A stretch of 57,196 bases of DNA from Acetobacteraceae bacterium (GTDB lineage: Bacteria > Pseudomonadota > Alphaproteobacteria > Acetobacterales > Acetobacteraceae), in NCBI GenBank assembly GCA_025055335.1, contig JANWXJ010000255.1, positions 1-57,196 of the forward strand, read 5' to 3'. This document shows positions 1 through 10,265 of this stretch, one piece after another; position 1 is the stretch's first letter, and every line of letters begins with the position of its first letter. A program made the position numbers and the translations under genes. The notes under the pieces are model-generated. The model worked only from the letters and a program-made list of their open reading frames with translations. It had not been told where the DNA came from and ran no database searches.

Positions 1-1250
1 CCGCCGGCGGCACGCTCCTCCCGCCGGGCGCCGTCGCGCGCTGGCCGCAACGGCATGGCATCCTGCGGCCGCCGGCCGCGGCCCTGGCGCTGCAGGATCG
101 GCCGTGGCGCGCCGGGCGGTTCCGTGCGGCGGTCGGTCGCCGGGATCTGCTGGCGGATCAGCCTCTCGATGTCGCGCAGGAAGGGCACCTCATCCCCGTC
201 GCAGAGCGAGATGGCGATCCCCTCCGCCCCCGCCCGCGCCGTGCGGCCGATGCGGTGGACATAGGTTTCCGGAACATTCGGGAGGTCGTAGTTCACCACA
301 TGCGACACGCCGGAGACGTCGATCCCCCGCGCGGCGATGTCGGTGGCGACCAGGATCGGCGCCTTTCCCTCGCGGAAGGCGGCAAGCGCCCGTTCGCGCT
401 GCCCCTGGCTCTTGTTGCCGTGGATCGCGCCGGCGGCGATGCCGGCGCGCTCGAGGTCCCGCACCACCTTGTCGGCGCCGTGCTTCGTGCGGGTGAAGAC
501 CAGCGCGCGGGAGGGCTTCTCCTCGGTCAGCAGCTCCACCAGCGCGGCCGGCTTCGCGCCGCGGTCCACGTGGATCAGGCGCTGTTCGATGCGGTCGGCC
601 GTCTTCGCCACGGGGGTCACGGCCACACGCGCCGGATCCCGCAGCAGGGTGGCCGACAGTTCGGCGATCGCCTCCGGCATGGTGGCCGAGAACAGCAGCG
701 TCTGCCGCTTCGGCGGCGTCCTGGCGATGATGCGCTTCACGTCGGGCAGGAAGCCCAAGTCGAGCATCTGGTCCGCCTCGTCGAGCACCAGCGCTTCCAC
801 CTGGTCGAGCCGCGCCGCGCCTTCGGCCACAAGGTCGAGCAGCCGGCCCGGTGTGGCGATCAGCACATCCACGCCGCTGGTCAGCGCCCGCAGCTGCCGG
901 CCCATGGGGACGCCGCCGATGAGGAGCGCCGTCGTCACGCGCAGGCGCTTGCCGTAGCTGCGGATGCTCTGCTCGATCTGGGCGGCGAGCTCGCGCGTCG
1001 GGCTCAGCACAAGCATGCGGGCGGCGCGGCGTTCCGGCCGGCGCGGCGCCTCTGCCAGCCGGTGCAGCAGCGGCAGGGAGAAGGCGGCCGTCTTGCCCGT
1101 GCCGGTCTGGGCGATGCCGACGATGTCGCGGCCGGCCATCGCGAGCGGGATGGTCTGCGCCTGGATCGGGGTCGGGGTGTCGTAGCCCGCCTCGCGGAGG
1201 GCGGAGAGGATGGGTTCGGCCAGGCCGAAGGTGGAGAACTCGGTCATCAT
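1..1250 (-). CDS. DEAD-box ATP-dependent RNA helicase (RhlE-like), 3' end outside window
   Basis: Hand translation (absent from ORF track because it runs off the edge): MMTEFSTFGLAEPIL..GYDTPTPIQ, AQTGTGKT, VLDEADQMLDLGF, HRIGRTARAG. Confidence 0.93.
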   Translation of the reverse strand, partial: MMTEFSTFGLAEPILSALREAGYDTPTPIQAQTIPLAMAGRDIVGIAQTGTGKTAAFSLPLLHRLAEAPRRPERRAARMLVLSPTRELAAQIEQSIRSYGKRLRVTTALLIGGVPMGRQLRALTSGVDVLIATPGRLLDLVAEGAARLDQVEALVLDEADQMLDLGFLPDVKRIIARTPPKRQTLLFSATMPEAIAELSATLLRDPARVAVTPVAKTADRIEQRLIHVDRGAKPAALVELLTEEKPSRALVFTRTKHGADKVVRDLERAGIAAGAIHGNKSQGQRERALAAFREGKAPILVATDIAARGIDVSGVSHVVNYDLPNVPETYVHRIGRTARAGAEGIAISLCDGDEVPFLRDIERLIRQQIPATDRRTEPPGAPRPILQRQGRGRRPQDAMPLRPARDGARREERAAG

Positions 1251-1494
1251 TCGCCTTTCGGGCGCCTGTTGCCGGCGCCCGGGCGCAGCCCGGGAACGCG
1301 GCGGGGGTTGTGCCAACACCCCGCGTGAAAAGGGCTGTCTGCGACGGAAGCGGGGGAGGTGCAGGCGCCCGGAGGGCGCCACTCACGCGACCTGGATCGC
1401 CCGGACCACCGGGCGCCCCTTCGCTGTATGCCGCGCCGGCGGCCCGCGCGCAACGGCCGCCGCCTGCGCCCGGCGCGCGGCTGCCCCGCGCCCC

Positions 1495-1950
1495 TCAGGG
1501 ATGCCCGCCGCCGATCACCGCCCGGATGGCGAAGGAGGAGCGCAGCCGCGCCACCCCTGGCAGGCGAGAGAGGCGCTCCTTGTGCAGCCGCTCGTACTCG
1601 GCCGGGCCGCCCGTCTCGACGCGCAGCACATAGTCCGGGTCGCCCGCCATCAGCAGGCAGTCGCGCACCTCCGGCACGCGGCGCACCGCCTCCTCGAAGC
1701 GGCGGAGATACTCGTCCGACTGGCGTTCGAGGCTGATCTGCACGAGCACGATGGAGCGCCCGGCCGGGGCGGGTTCATCGACCAGCACCGTGTAGCCGCG
1801 GATGACGCCGCGTTCCTCGAGCCTGCGCACCCGCCTCAGGCAGGCGGATTGCGAAAGCCCGACCGCTGCGGCCAGCGCCGCGTTGGTGATCCGGGCATCC
1901 TCCCGCAGCAGGGCGAGGATTCGGTCGTCAAGCGGATCCTGCGTCGGCAT
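1495..1950 (-). CDS. Lrp/AsnC family transcriptional regulator
   Basis: LDDRILALLREDARITNAALAAAVGLSQSACLRRVRRLEERGVI HTH plus RAM domain; divergent from dadA; start set at ATG 1950. Confidence 0.92.
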   Translation of the reverse strand: MPTQDPLDDRILALLREDARITNAALAAAVGLSQSACLRRVRRLEERGVIRGYTVLVDEPAPAGRSIVLVQISLERQSDEYLRRFEEAVRRVPEVRDCLLMAGDPDYVLRVETGGPAEYERLHKERLSRLPGVARLRSSFAIRAVIGGGHP

Positions 1951-1965
1951 GGGGCATCCCGGCAT

Positions 1966-2009
1966 GAAGCATCCTGCGCAAGATCCTGCGACTCGGCCGC
2001 AGGATCTGC
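1966..2009. promoter_or_regulatory. Putative Lrp-family operator repeats in the lrp/dadA divergent promoter
   Basis: ATCCTGC at 1971 and 1983; perfect 10-bp inverted repeat AGATCCTGCG (1981-1990) / CGCAGGATCT (1998-2007). Confidence 0.5.
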
Positions 2010-2107
2010 CACGCGTCCAGGGTAGCGCGGCAGGCCCCGCCGCACAGCGGCGAGTCCCGCCCACGCGGCCGCGCTAAGGTCCGCCCATCCGGAGGGAGCG
2101 GGCACAG

Positions 2108-3364
2108 ATGCGGGTCGTCATTCTCGGCGCGGGCGTGGTCGGCGTGTCCACCGCCTGGCATTGCGTGCGGGCTGGCCATGAGGTGACGGTGGTGGACCGC
2201 CAGCCCGGCGCGGGGCTCGAGACCTCGTTCGCCAATGCGGGCCAGCTCTCCTACGGCTTCGCCGCGCCCTGGGCCGCGCCGGGCATGCCGCTCAAGGCGC
2301 TCAAGTGGCTCATGATGAAGCACCGGCCGCTCGTGCTCTGGCCGCGGCCGGATCCGGCCATGCTCGGCTGGCTCTGGCGCATGCTCGGCAACTGCACGGC
2401 CGAGGCCTTCGCCCGCAACCGCGCCCGCATGCTGCGGCTGGCCGAGTACAGCAGGCGGGCGATGGCGAGCCTCCGGCAGGAGACGGGCATCGCCTATGAC
2501 GGGCGCAGCCGCGGCACGCTGCAGCTGTTCCGCAAGCCGGAGCAGCTCGAGGAGGCCGCGCGCGGATCGGCCGCCCTCGCCGCCCTCGGGCTCGAGCACC
2601 GCCTGCTCGACGCCGAGGGCTGCATCGCCGCCGAACCCGCGCTTGCCCTGGTGCGCGAGCGGATCGCCGGCGGCCTCTCCATGCCCGGCGACGAGACCGG
2701 GGATGCGCATCTGTTCACCCGGCGGCTGGCGGAGCTTGCGGCAGACGCCGGCGCGACCTTCCGCTACGGCACGCCGGTTGCCGGCATCGTCACCGAGGGC
2801 GGCCGCGCGGTCGGCGTGGCGACGGGGCAGGGCACGCTCCGCGCCGATGCGGTGGTGGTCGCCGCCGGCAGCTACTCGACGGCGCTGCTCGCGCCGCTCG
2901 GCGTTGTAATCCCCGTCTATCCGGTCAAGGGCTATTCGCTGACGGTGCCGATCGAGGACGAGGCCTTCGCCCCCGTCTCCACCGTGATGGACGAGACGTA
3001 CAAGGTCGGCATCACGCGGCTCGGGGACCGCATCCGCATCGGCGGCACGGCGGAACTGGCGGGCTTCTCGCTCCGGCTGCGCGCGCCGCGCCGCGCCACG
3101 CTGGAAGCCGCGCTCACCACCCTGTTCCCGCGCGGGGGCGATGCGGCGAAGGGCGTGTTCTGGACCGGCCTGAGGCCGATGACGCCGGACGGCACGCCGA
3201 TCGTCGGCGCCACACCCGTCCCTGGCCTTTTCGTCAATACCGGCCACGGCACGCTCGGGTGGACGATGGCGGCAGGGTCGGGGCGGCTGCTCGCCGACCT
3301 GATCTCGGGCCGGGAGCCGGAGATCGCGGCCGGGGATCTGTCGGTTTCGCGCTACGCCGCCTGA
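2108..3364 (+). CDS. dadA: D-amino acid dehydrogenase
   Basis: GAGVVG FAD motif, [49 protein letters not shown]. Confidence 0.93.
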   Translation: MRVVILGAGVVGVSTAWHCVRAGHEVTVVDRQPGAGLETSFANAGQLSYGFAAPWAAPGMPLKALKWLMMKHRPLVLWPRPDPAMLGWLWRMLGNCTAEAFARNRARMLRLAEYSRRAMASLRQETGIAYDGRSRGTLQLFRKPEQLEEAARGSAALAALGLEHRLLDAEGCIAAEPALALVRERIAGGLSMPGDETGDAHLFTRRLAELAADAGATFRYGTPVAGIVTEGGRAVGVATGQGTLRADAVVVAAGSYSTALLAPLGVVIPVYPVKGYSLTVPIEDEAFAPVSTVMDETYKVGITRLGDRIRIGGTAELAGFSLRLRAPRRATLEAALTTLFPRGGDAAKGVFWTGLRPMTPDGTPIVGATPVPGLFVNTGHGTLGWTMAAGSGRLLADLISGREPEIAAGDLSVSRYAA

Positions 3365-5226
3365 CCGCGGGCGCTACGACGCCGCGCCAGGATCTGCGCC
3401 GCCGCGACCAGCCCCGCAAGCCCGAGGCCGATCAGGTCGGTGATCGCTCCCGGCTGGATCAGCGACAGGGCGGCGGCGAACAGCACCGCGCGCTGCCACA
3501 GGCCCGCCGGGCCGAACAGCCAGCCATGGAGGGCGGCCGCAAGCAGCGTGGCGCCGAGGAAGGCAGAGGCCGCGGCGTGCAGGCTCTGCGTCAGCGGCCC
3601 GATCAGCAGCAGAGACGGCTCGAAGACGAACATGAACGGCACGATGAAGCCGGCCGCCCCGATCTTCACCGCCGCCCAGCCCGATTCCCACAAATCGGAT
3701 TTCGCGAGCCCCGCCGCGGCGAACACGGCAAGCGCCACGGGCGGCGTGATGGCGGATAGGATCGCGAAGTAGAAGGCGAACATGTGCGCCGCCGGCGGCT
3801 CGACGCCGAGGCGGATGATCGCCGGCACGAGAAGCGAGACCATGACGATGTAGGCGGGCGTCGTCGGCATCCCCATGCCGAGGATGATGCCGGCCGCCAT
3901 CGTCAGCAGCAGCGCGAGCAGCAGGCTGGAGCCCGAGATGTTGACGACGAGCTGCGTAAACACGATGCCCACCCCGGTCAGCGCGATCAGGCCGATGACG
4001 ATGCCGGCGCAGGCGCAGGCCATCGCGACGCCGATCGCCCCCCTCGCCCCCTCCACCAGCGCGTCCCACAGGTTGCCGAGGGTGACGTGCCGGCGCGTCG
4101 TGCGCCGGAGGAACGCCACCGGGAAGCACAGCGCGGTGCCGACGAGCGCGGCGTAGGGCGCCGAATAGCCGGCCGCCAGCATCGCGAGGATGGCGGCAAC
4201 CGGCAGGAACAGGTGCCCGTTCTCGGCCAGCACGCGGGAGAGCTTCGGCACCTCCTGCTCCGGCAGCCCGGCGAGGCCGCGGCGCTTGGCCTCGAAATGC
4301 ACCGCCATGAAGGTGGCGGCGTAGAACAGGATGGCCGGGATCAGCGCCCATCCGAGCACCGTGAGGTAGGAGACCTGCAGGAACTCCGCCATCACGAAAG
4401 CCGCCGCCCCCATGATGGGTGGCATGAGCTGCCCGCCTGTGGAGGCGACCGATTCCACCCCCGCCGCGAAGGGCGGGCGGAAGCCCGTGCGCTTCATCAG
4501 CGGGATGGTCACCTGCCCCGTCACCATCACGTTCGCGACCGCACTCCCCGAGACGGTGCCGAAGAGAGAGGAGGAGACGACCGCCACCTTCCCCGGGCCG
4601 CCGGCGCTGCGGCCCGTCAGCGCCAGCGCGAACTCCATGAACAGGCGGCCGGTGCCGGAGCGCTCCATGAACGCCCCGAACAGCACGAACACCACGACGA
4701 AGGAGGCCGACACCGCGAGCGTGGAGCCGAACACGCCTTCGGTGGTGAGGAAGAGCTGGTCCACCACCTGCCCCCAGGTGACGGAGGTGAAGCCGAACGT
4801 GTAGACGAGGAAGGCGATCGCCGTCAGCGGCAGCGCCCAGCCGATCGCCCGCCGCGTGCCCTCGAGCACGAACAGCACGCAGAGCACCGCCATGACCTGG
4901 TCCCAGAAGGTGGGATCGTCCACGTAGATCATGCGGTTGACGAGGTAGTCGTAGTTCCAGAACAGGTAGGCGATCGGCAGCGCTCCGAGGGCGGCGAACA
5001 GCCAGTCGGAGGCGGAGGGCAGCCCGTCGGCGCGGCGGAGCGGCCAGCCGCCGATGGTGAGGAACACGAGGAGGAGCGCGAAGAGCAGATGGGTCGCGCG
5101 GAAGATCACCGCCTCCGGCGGGCCTACGACGATGACCCAGACGTGATAGGCCGACATGGCGACGGCAAGCGCCGCCACGCCGCCGCGGATGATCCGCGGC
5201 GCAACCCCGCCTTCCGCACCCCGCAT
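3352..5226 (-). CDS. TRAP transporter fused 4TM/12TM permease (TAXI type)
   Basis: Highly hydrophobic 624 aa; [43 protein letters not shown] motifs. Confidence 0.93.
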   Translation of the reverse strand: MRGAEGGVAPRIIRGGVAALAVAMSAYHVWVIVVGPPEAVIFRATHLLFALLLVFLTIGGWPLRRADGLPSASDWLFAALGALPIAYLFWNYDYLVNRMIYVDDPTFWDQVMAVLCVLFVLEGTRRAIGWALPLTAIAFLVYTFGFTSVTWGQVVDQLFLTTEGVFGSTLAVSASFVVVFVLFGAFMERSGTGRLFMEFALALTGRSAGGPGKVAVVSSSLFGTVSGSAVANVMVTGQVTIPLMKRTGFRPPFAAGVESVASTGGQLMPPIMGAAAFVMAEFLQVSYLTVLGWALIPAILFYAATFMAVHFEAKRRGLAGLPEQEVPKLSRVLAENGHLFLPVAAILAMLAAGYSAPYAALVGTALCFPVAFLRRTTRRHVTLGNLWDALVEGARGAIGVAMACACAGIVIGLIALTGVGIVFTQLVVNISGSSLLLALLLTMAAGIILGMGMPTTPAYIVMVSLLVPAIIRLGVEPPAAHMFAFYFAILSAITPPVALAVFAAAGLAKSDLWESGWAAVKIGAAGFIVPFMFVFEPSLLLIGPLTQSLHAAASAFLGATLLAAALHGWLFGPAGLWQRAVLFAAALSLIQPGAITDLIGLGLAGLVAAAQILARRRSARGQAA

Positions 5227-5230
5227 CGGC

Positions 5231-6163
5231 TCACATCGCGCCGATCGAGCGGAAGTAGCGCGCCGCCCCAGGGTGCAGCGGCACGCCGATGTCGGCCGCC
5301 ATGTCGCGCGGCGTGGTGCGCGCGAGGTCTCGCGTGACGTTGGCCAGTTCCGCGAGGTTCCGGTGCAGCAGCTCCACCATGCGGAACACCCGCTCCTCCG
5401 GCTGGTCGCAGCGCACGATCAGGTGCGTGGCGTAGCCGATCGTCGTCACGTCCTGCGTCTGGCCGGGATAGGTGTTGGCCGGGATCGTCACGCCGACATA
5501 GCCCGGGTTGATCCGCCGCATCGGTTCGATCGAATCCCGCAGATCCAGGATGGTGATCCGCCGCGCCGAGCCGAGATCCATCACCGAGGAGGCCGGGATG
5601 GCGGTGCCGAGGGTGAACACCTGCGCCTGCCCGTCGCGCAGCATGGACACCGCATCGTTGTAGGAGGCCTGGAAGGAGGCGCGGATGTCGCTGTAGGAGA
5701 GGCCGTGCGCGCGCAGCCAGTGCTGCGTCACCACCTCGGCCGTGTTGCCGCGCGGCTGGATGGCGACACCCCGCCCGCGCAGGTCGGCGGCGGTGCGGAT
5801 GTTCGCCTCCGCCAGCGCCACCACCTGGAAATACTGCGGATAGAGAGAGGCGAGGTTGCACACCTGCGTCGTCGCGCGCGGGAAGGGCGGATTGCCCTGC
5901 ACCCCGTCCACGGTCGAGATGGTGTTGCCGAAGCCGATCTCGGCCCGCCCCTCGTCCAGCGCGCGCACATTGGCGATCCCGGCGCCGGGCAGGTTCTGGA
6001 AGGTGATCCCGGGGATGCTCTGCTCCCACAGGTTCTTGAGAGCGCCGCCGAGCGGCACCCACACCCCGCCCTGCGGGCCGGTCATGAAGCGGAGGGTCTG
6101 CGCCTCGGCGGGCACCGCCGCGAAGGGCAGGCAGAGGGCGGACGCAAGCAGCAGCGCGCGCAT
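5231..6163 (-). CDS. TAXI family TRAP solute-binding protein
   Basis: Signal peptide MRALLLASALCLPFAAVPAEA, TGPQGGVW, C-terminal VPLHPGAARYF; directly upstream of the permease. Confidence 0.9.
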   Translation of the reverse strand: MRALLLASALCLPFAAVPAEAQTLRFMTGPQGGVWVPLGGALKNLWEQSIPGITFQNLPGAGIANVRALDEGRAEIGFGNTISTVDGVQGNPPFPRATTQVCNLASLYPQYFQVVALAEANIRTAADLRGRGVAIQPRGNTAEVVTQHWLRAHGLSYSDIRASFQASYNDAVSMLRDGQAQVFTLGTAIPASSVMDLGSARRITILDLRDSIEPMRRINPGYVGVTIPANTYPGQTQDVTTIGYATHLIVRCDQPEERVFRMVELLHRNLAELANVTRDLARTTPRDMAADIGVPLHPGAARYFRSIGAM

Positions 6164-6264
6164 CGGTGATCCTCCCGGTATTCTGGTTCCTGGACGGGCG
6201 CAGTCTGGCCCGCGCGCGGCGGCGCGGCAACCCGGGCGGTGACGGGGCGGGCGGATGGTGCCAC

Positions 6265-8592
6265 ATGCGCCGCATGCGCCACCTGTTCCGCCTGCTGCGC
6301 CGGGGCTTGGCCGGGCTGGCCGGGCTCGTGCTGCTGCTGTCCGCCCTGCTCGCCGCGGCGCTGTGGGCGACGCTTCCGGCGGAGGAGGAGGAGGCGGCGA
6401 TCCCGGGCCTCTTCGCCCCCGTCGCGATCGGTCTCGACTCCCACGGGATCCCCCGCATCCTCGCGGCAAGCGAGGCCGATGCCGCCCGCGCCCTCGGCTG
6501 GCTGCACGCGCGGGACCGCATGTTCCAGATGGAGATGATGCGCCGCGGCGGCGCCGGGCGTCTGGCCGAGATCCTCGGCCCCTCGGCGCTGCGGCTCGAC
6601 CGCTTCGTCCGCACCCTCGGCCTCGCCCGCGCGGCCGAGGCGGATCTCGCCGCCCTGCCCGGGGAGGTGCGCGCGATCCTCGAGGCCTACGCAGAGGGCG
6701 TGAACGCCCGAATCGCCGCCCGCGGCCGGTGGATCGCGCCGGAGTTCCTCGCACTCGGCCCGCCCGAGCCCTGGCGGCCGGCCGACAGCCTGCTGTGGGG
6801 CAAGGTGATGGGCCTGTGGCTTTCCGCCAACTGGCGGGAGGAGCTGGAACGCGCCCGCCTTGCCGCGCTGCTGCCGCCCGAGCGGATCGCCGAGCTCTGG
6901 CCCGAGGATGCCAGCGCCGGGCGGCCGGACGGCGGGGCCTCGCTCGATCCGGCGCGGGTGGCGGCGCTGCTTTCGGCCCTGCCCCGCTTCCCCGAGGACG
7001 GGACGCTGCCGCCCTCGGCCTCCAACGCCTGGGCGCTCGCGCCGTCCCGCTCGGCCAGCGGCGGGGCGCTGCTCGCCTCCGATCCGCATCTCGGCTTCTC
7101 GGCGCCGATCCTGTGGTATCTCGCGCGCATCGAGCTGCCGGGCGGGCGGTTCCTCGCCGGCGCCACCGCGCCCGGCGTGCCGATGGTGGTGATCGGCCGG
7201 AACGAGCGCCTCGCCTGGGGCTTCACCACCACCCACGCCGACACGCAGGACGTGGTGGTGGAGCGCCTCGCCGGCCCCAACACCTACGAGACGGAGGACG
7301 GCCCCCGCCCCTTCGCCCTGCGCGAGGAGCGGATCCGCGTCCGCTTCGGCGCCGAGGAGGTGCTTCGGGTGCGCGAGACCCGCCACGGCCCGGTGGTGAG
7401 CGACCTCGAGCCCGGCGCGCCGGCGGGCAGCGTGCTGGCGGTGGCGATGACGGTGCTTGCACCCAACGATACCGCCGCCGCGGGGCTCTTCGCGCTCAAC
7501 CGCGCCCGCAGCATCGCCGAGGCGCGGGCGGCGGCGGCGCTGATCTCCGCACCCTCGCAGAACCTCGTGGTGGCCGACGCCGAGGGCGGCATCGCCCTCT
7601 ACATCGGCGGACGCATCCCGCTGCGGCGCACGGGCGACGGCGCCTGGCCCGCCAAAGGCGCGGCCGGCCCCGTCTGGCGCGGCTTCCTGCCCTTCGACGC
7701 CCTGCCGCATGTGGAGAACCCGGCAAGCGGCCTCGTGCTCAACGCCAACAACCGCGTGGTGCCGCCCGGGCATCCGGCCTTCCTCGGCCGCGACTGGCAC
7801 GGGGACTGGCGCTTCCGCCGCATCCTCGAGCTGCTTCCCGGCGCCGACACGCCGGCGGCGCAGGCGGGAATCCAGGCGGATGCCGTCAGCCTGCTCGCAC
7901 GAGAGCTGCTGCCGCTGCTGCGCCGGCTGCCGCGCCCCGCCGGCACGGCCGGCGAGGCCTTCGACCTGCTCTCCGCCTGGCAGGGGGAGATGGCGGCCGG
8001 CCTGCCGCAGCCGCTCGTCTTCCATGCGTGGCTTTCCGCACTCGGGCGCGCGGCGCTCGAGGCGGGCGGCGTGCCGCCTGGGGCTGCCCCGGCGCGGCCG
8101 GAGTTCCTGCGCCATGTGTTCGCCGAGGGGCGGGGCGCGCACTGGTGCGGCGAGCAGGGCTGCGAGGCGCTCGCCGCCCGCGCCTTCGCGGAAGGCGTGG
8201 CGTCGCTCGCCGCGCGCTTCGGCGCCGACCCCGCGCGCTGGCGCTGGGGCGATGCCCATCGCGCCCGCTTCCTCCACCCGCTGCTGCGGTTCGTGCCCAT
8301 CCTCGGCCCCTGGCTCGGGGCGGAGGTGCCGACGCCGGGCGACGGCCAGACGGTCAACCGCGGCGGCATGGCGGCGGATTTCTCCCACATCCACGGCCCG
8401 GGGCTCCGGCTGGTGGCCGATCTCTCCTCGCCCGACGGGCTGTGGGCGATCATCGCCACCGGCCAGTCGGGGCACCCGATGTCGCGCCACTGGCTCGACC
8501 TGACCGGGCGCTGGGCGGCGGGCGGGCTGCTGCAGCTCGGCGCGGCGGCCGATCATGAGGCGGGGAGCATCCTCCTACTGCCGCCGCGCTGA
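6265..8592 (+). CDS. Penicillin acylase / AHL-acylase family Ntn-hydrolase
   Basis: N-terminal TM, DSHGIPRI, HARDRMFQM, beta-chain start SNAW, SDPHL, TGQSGHPMSRHW. Confidence 0.9.
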   Translation: MRRMRHLFRLLRRGLAGLAGLVLLLSALLAAALWATLPAEEEEAAIPGLFAPVAIGLDSHGIPRILAASEADAARALGWLHARDRMFQMEMMRRGGAGRLAEILGPSALRLDRFVRTLGLARAAEADLAALPGEVRAILEAYAEGVNARIAARGRWIAPEFLALGPPEPWRPADSLLWGKVMGLWLSANWREELERARLAALLPPERIAELWPEDASAGRPDGGASLDPARVAALLSALPRFPEDGTLPPSASNAWALAPSRSASGGALLASDPHLGFSAPILWYLARIELPGGRFLAGATAPGVPMVVIGRNERLAWGFTTTHADTQDVVVERLAGPNTYETEDGPRPFALREERIRVRFGAEEVLRVRETRHGPVVSDLEPGAPAGSVLAVAMTVLAPNDTAAAGLFALNRARSIAEARAAAALISAPSQNLVVADAEGGIALYIGGRIPLRRTGDGAWPAKGAAGPVWRGFLPFDALPHVENPASGLVLNANNRVVPPGHPAFLGRDWHGDWRFRRILELLPGADTPAAQAGIQADAVSLLARELLPLLRRLPRPAGTAGEAFDLLSAWQGEMAAGLPQPLVFHAWLSALGRAALEAGGVPPGAAPARPEFLRHVFAEGRGAHWCGEQGCEALAARAFAEGVASLAARFGADPARWRWGDAHRARFLHPLLRFVPILGPWLGAEVPTPGDGQTVNRGGMAADFSHIHGPGLRLVADLSSPDGLWAIIATGQSGHPMSRHWLDLTGRWAAGGLLQLGAAADHEAGSILLLPPR

Positions 8593-8635
8593 CCCTCTTG
8601 CGGCGCGCCCGCCGCCGCCGACATGATCGGCCGCG

Positions 8636-9403
8636 ATGCACCGCCCGGCGAAGCGCCCCCAGTTCTTCTACACCACCGCCGCCCTGCCCTGCCCCTATGT
8701 GCCGGGGCGGACGGAGCGCAAGCTGGTGACGGAACTCGGCGGACCGGAGGCCGAGGCGCAGCACGACCGCCTCTCTCGCGCCGGCTTCCGGCGCAGCCAC
8801 AACATCGCCTACGCGCCCGTCTGCCCCGGCTGCAACGCCTGCGTGCCGATCCGCATCCTGGCCGACCGCTTCGCGCCCGACCGCACGCAGCGCAAGATCG
8901 AACGCCTGAACGCCGACCTGTCGGGCCAGGAGACCCCGGCCCGCGCCACCGCCGAACAGTTCGCCCTGTTCCAGCGCTACCAGCAGGCCCGCCACGGCGA
9001 CGGCGACATGGCGGCGATGGGCTTCTACGACTATCGCGCGATGGTGGAGGACACGCCGATCACCACGGCGCTGATCGAGTTCCGCGATGCTTCCGCGCGG
9101 CTTGTCGCCTGCTGCCTGACGGACTGGCTCTCCGACGGGCTTTCGGCCGTCTATTCCTTCTACGATCCGGCGCAGCCGCGCCGCTCGCTCGGCACGGCGG
9201 CCATCCTGTGGCTGGTGCGGCGGGCGCAGCGCGCGGGGCTGCCCTATGTCTATCTCGGCTACTGGGTGCCGGAGAGCCGCAAGATGGCCTACAAGGCCCG
9301 CTTCCGCCCCTCCGAGGTGCTTTCTGGCGGGCAGTGGCGGCCGGCGGAGGAACATGCCGCGGCCGGCGGCTGCGGCGTGCTGCTGCCCGAGAGCGTCGGC
9401 TGA
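8636..9403 (+). CDS. Bacterial ATE1-like aminoacyl-tRNA-protein transferase (Bpt/arginyltransferase family)
   Basis: PCPYVPGRTERK, GFRRSHNIAYAPVCPGCNAC, SAVYSFYDP, YVYLGYWVPESRKMAYK. Confidence 0.92.
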   Translation: MHRPAKRPQFFYTTAALPCPYVPGRTERKLVTELGGPEAEAQHDRLSRAGFRRSHNIAYAPVCPGCNACVPIRILADRFAPDRTQRKIERLNADLSGQETPARATAEQFALFQRYQQARHGDGDMAAMGFYDYRAMVEDTPITTALIEFRDASARLVACCLTDWLSDGLSAVYSFYDPAQPRRSLGTAAILWLVRRAQRAGLPYVYLGYWVPESRKMAYKARFRPSEVLSGGQWRPAEEHAAAGGCGVLLPESVG

Positions 9404-9445
9404 CCCCCTTGCGCGGCGCGCGCGGCGCTGCCATCCATCGAGCGT

Positions 9446-9533
9446 CATTGAGGGGGAGCCCATCCCGGGCTGAGAGGCGCTCACGCGCGACCCCTTGAAC
9501 CTGATCCGGTTAGCACCGGCGTAGGGATCAATG
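9446..9533 (+). ncRNA. TPP (thiamine pyrophosphate) riboswitch
   Basis: Hallmark GGGG..GCTGAGA..ACCCCTTGAACCTGATCCGG..ACCGGCGTAGGGA; P1 = CATTGA/TCAATG; precedes a thiXYZ-type operon. Confidence 0.95.
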
Positions 9534-10265
9534 GACCATCGCGCGCCCGCGCTCGACATCGCGATTCCCGGTCTCGCCTTCGGCGGGCGGCAGGTGCTCG
9601 GCGAACTCCGGCTGCGCCTGCCGGCGGGGCATTGCACGGCGCTGCTCGGGCCTTCCGGCGTCGGGAAATCGACGCTGCTGCGGCTGGTCGCTGGGCTGCT
9701 GCCGCTGCCTGAGGGCGCCTGGATCGCCGCCGAGGACGGCGCGCCTCTGACCGGCCGCGTGGCCTGGATGGCGCAGCAGGATCTTCTGCTCCCATGGCTG
9801 CGGCTGCGGCAGAACGTGCTTCTCGGCGCGCGGCTGCGCGGCGAGCGCACGGACGTCGCGCGGGCCGACGCGCTGATCGCCTCGGTCGGGCTGTCGGGGC
9901 GGGAAACGGCGTGGCCGTCAGAACTGTCCGGCGGCATGCGGCAGCGCGCGGCACTCGCCCGCACGCTGATGGAGCAGAGGCCCGTCGTGCTGATGGACGA
10001 GCCGTTCTCGGCCGTGGACGCGCCGACGCGCCATCGCCTTCAGGACCTGGCTGCGCGTCTCTTGGCCGGCCGCACGGTGCTGCTCGTCACGCATGATCCG
10101 CTCGAGGCGATGCGGCTCGCGCACCATGTCGTGATGCTGCGCGGCGCGCCGGCGACGGCGGAGGAGATCAGGGTGCCGGCGGCCCCGCCGCCGCGCGACG
10201 CTTCCGATCCCGCGGTCATGGCGGCGGCGGCGGCGCTGCTCGAGAGCCTGGCGGCGGCGGCATGA
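9531..10265 (+). CDS. ABC transporter ATP-binding protein (ThiZ-like, HMP/thiamine precursor uptake)
   Basis: GPSGVGKST, LSGGMRQR, LMDEPF; behind TPP riboswitch. Confidence 0.9.
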   Translation: MDHRAPALDIAIPGLAFGGRQVLGELRLRLPAGHCTALLGPSGVGKSTLLRLVAGLLPLPEGAWIAAEDGAPLTGRVAWMAQQDLLLPWLRLRQNVLLGARLRGERTDVARADALIASVGLSGRETAWPSELSGGMRQRAALARTLMEQRPVVLMDEPFSAVDAPTRHRLQDLAARLLAGRTVLLVTHDPLEAMRLAHHVVMLRGAPATAEEIRVPAAPPPRDASDPAVMAAAAALLESLAAAA

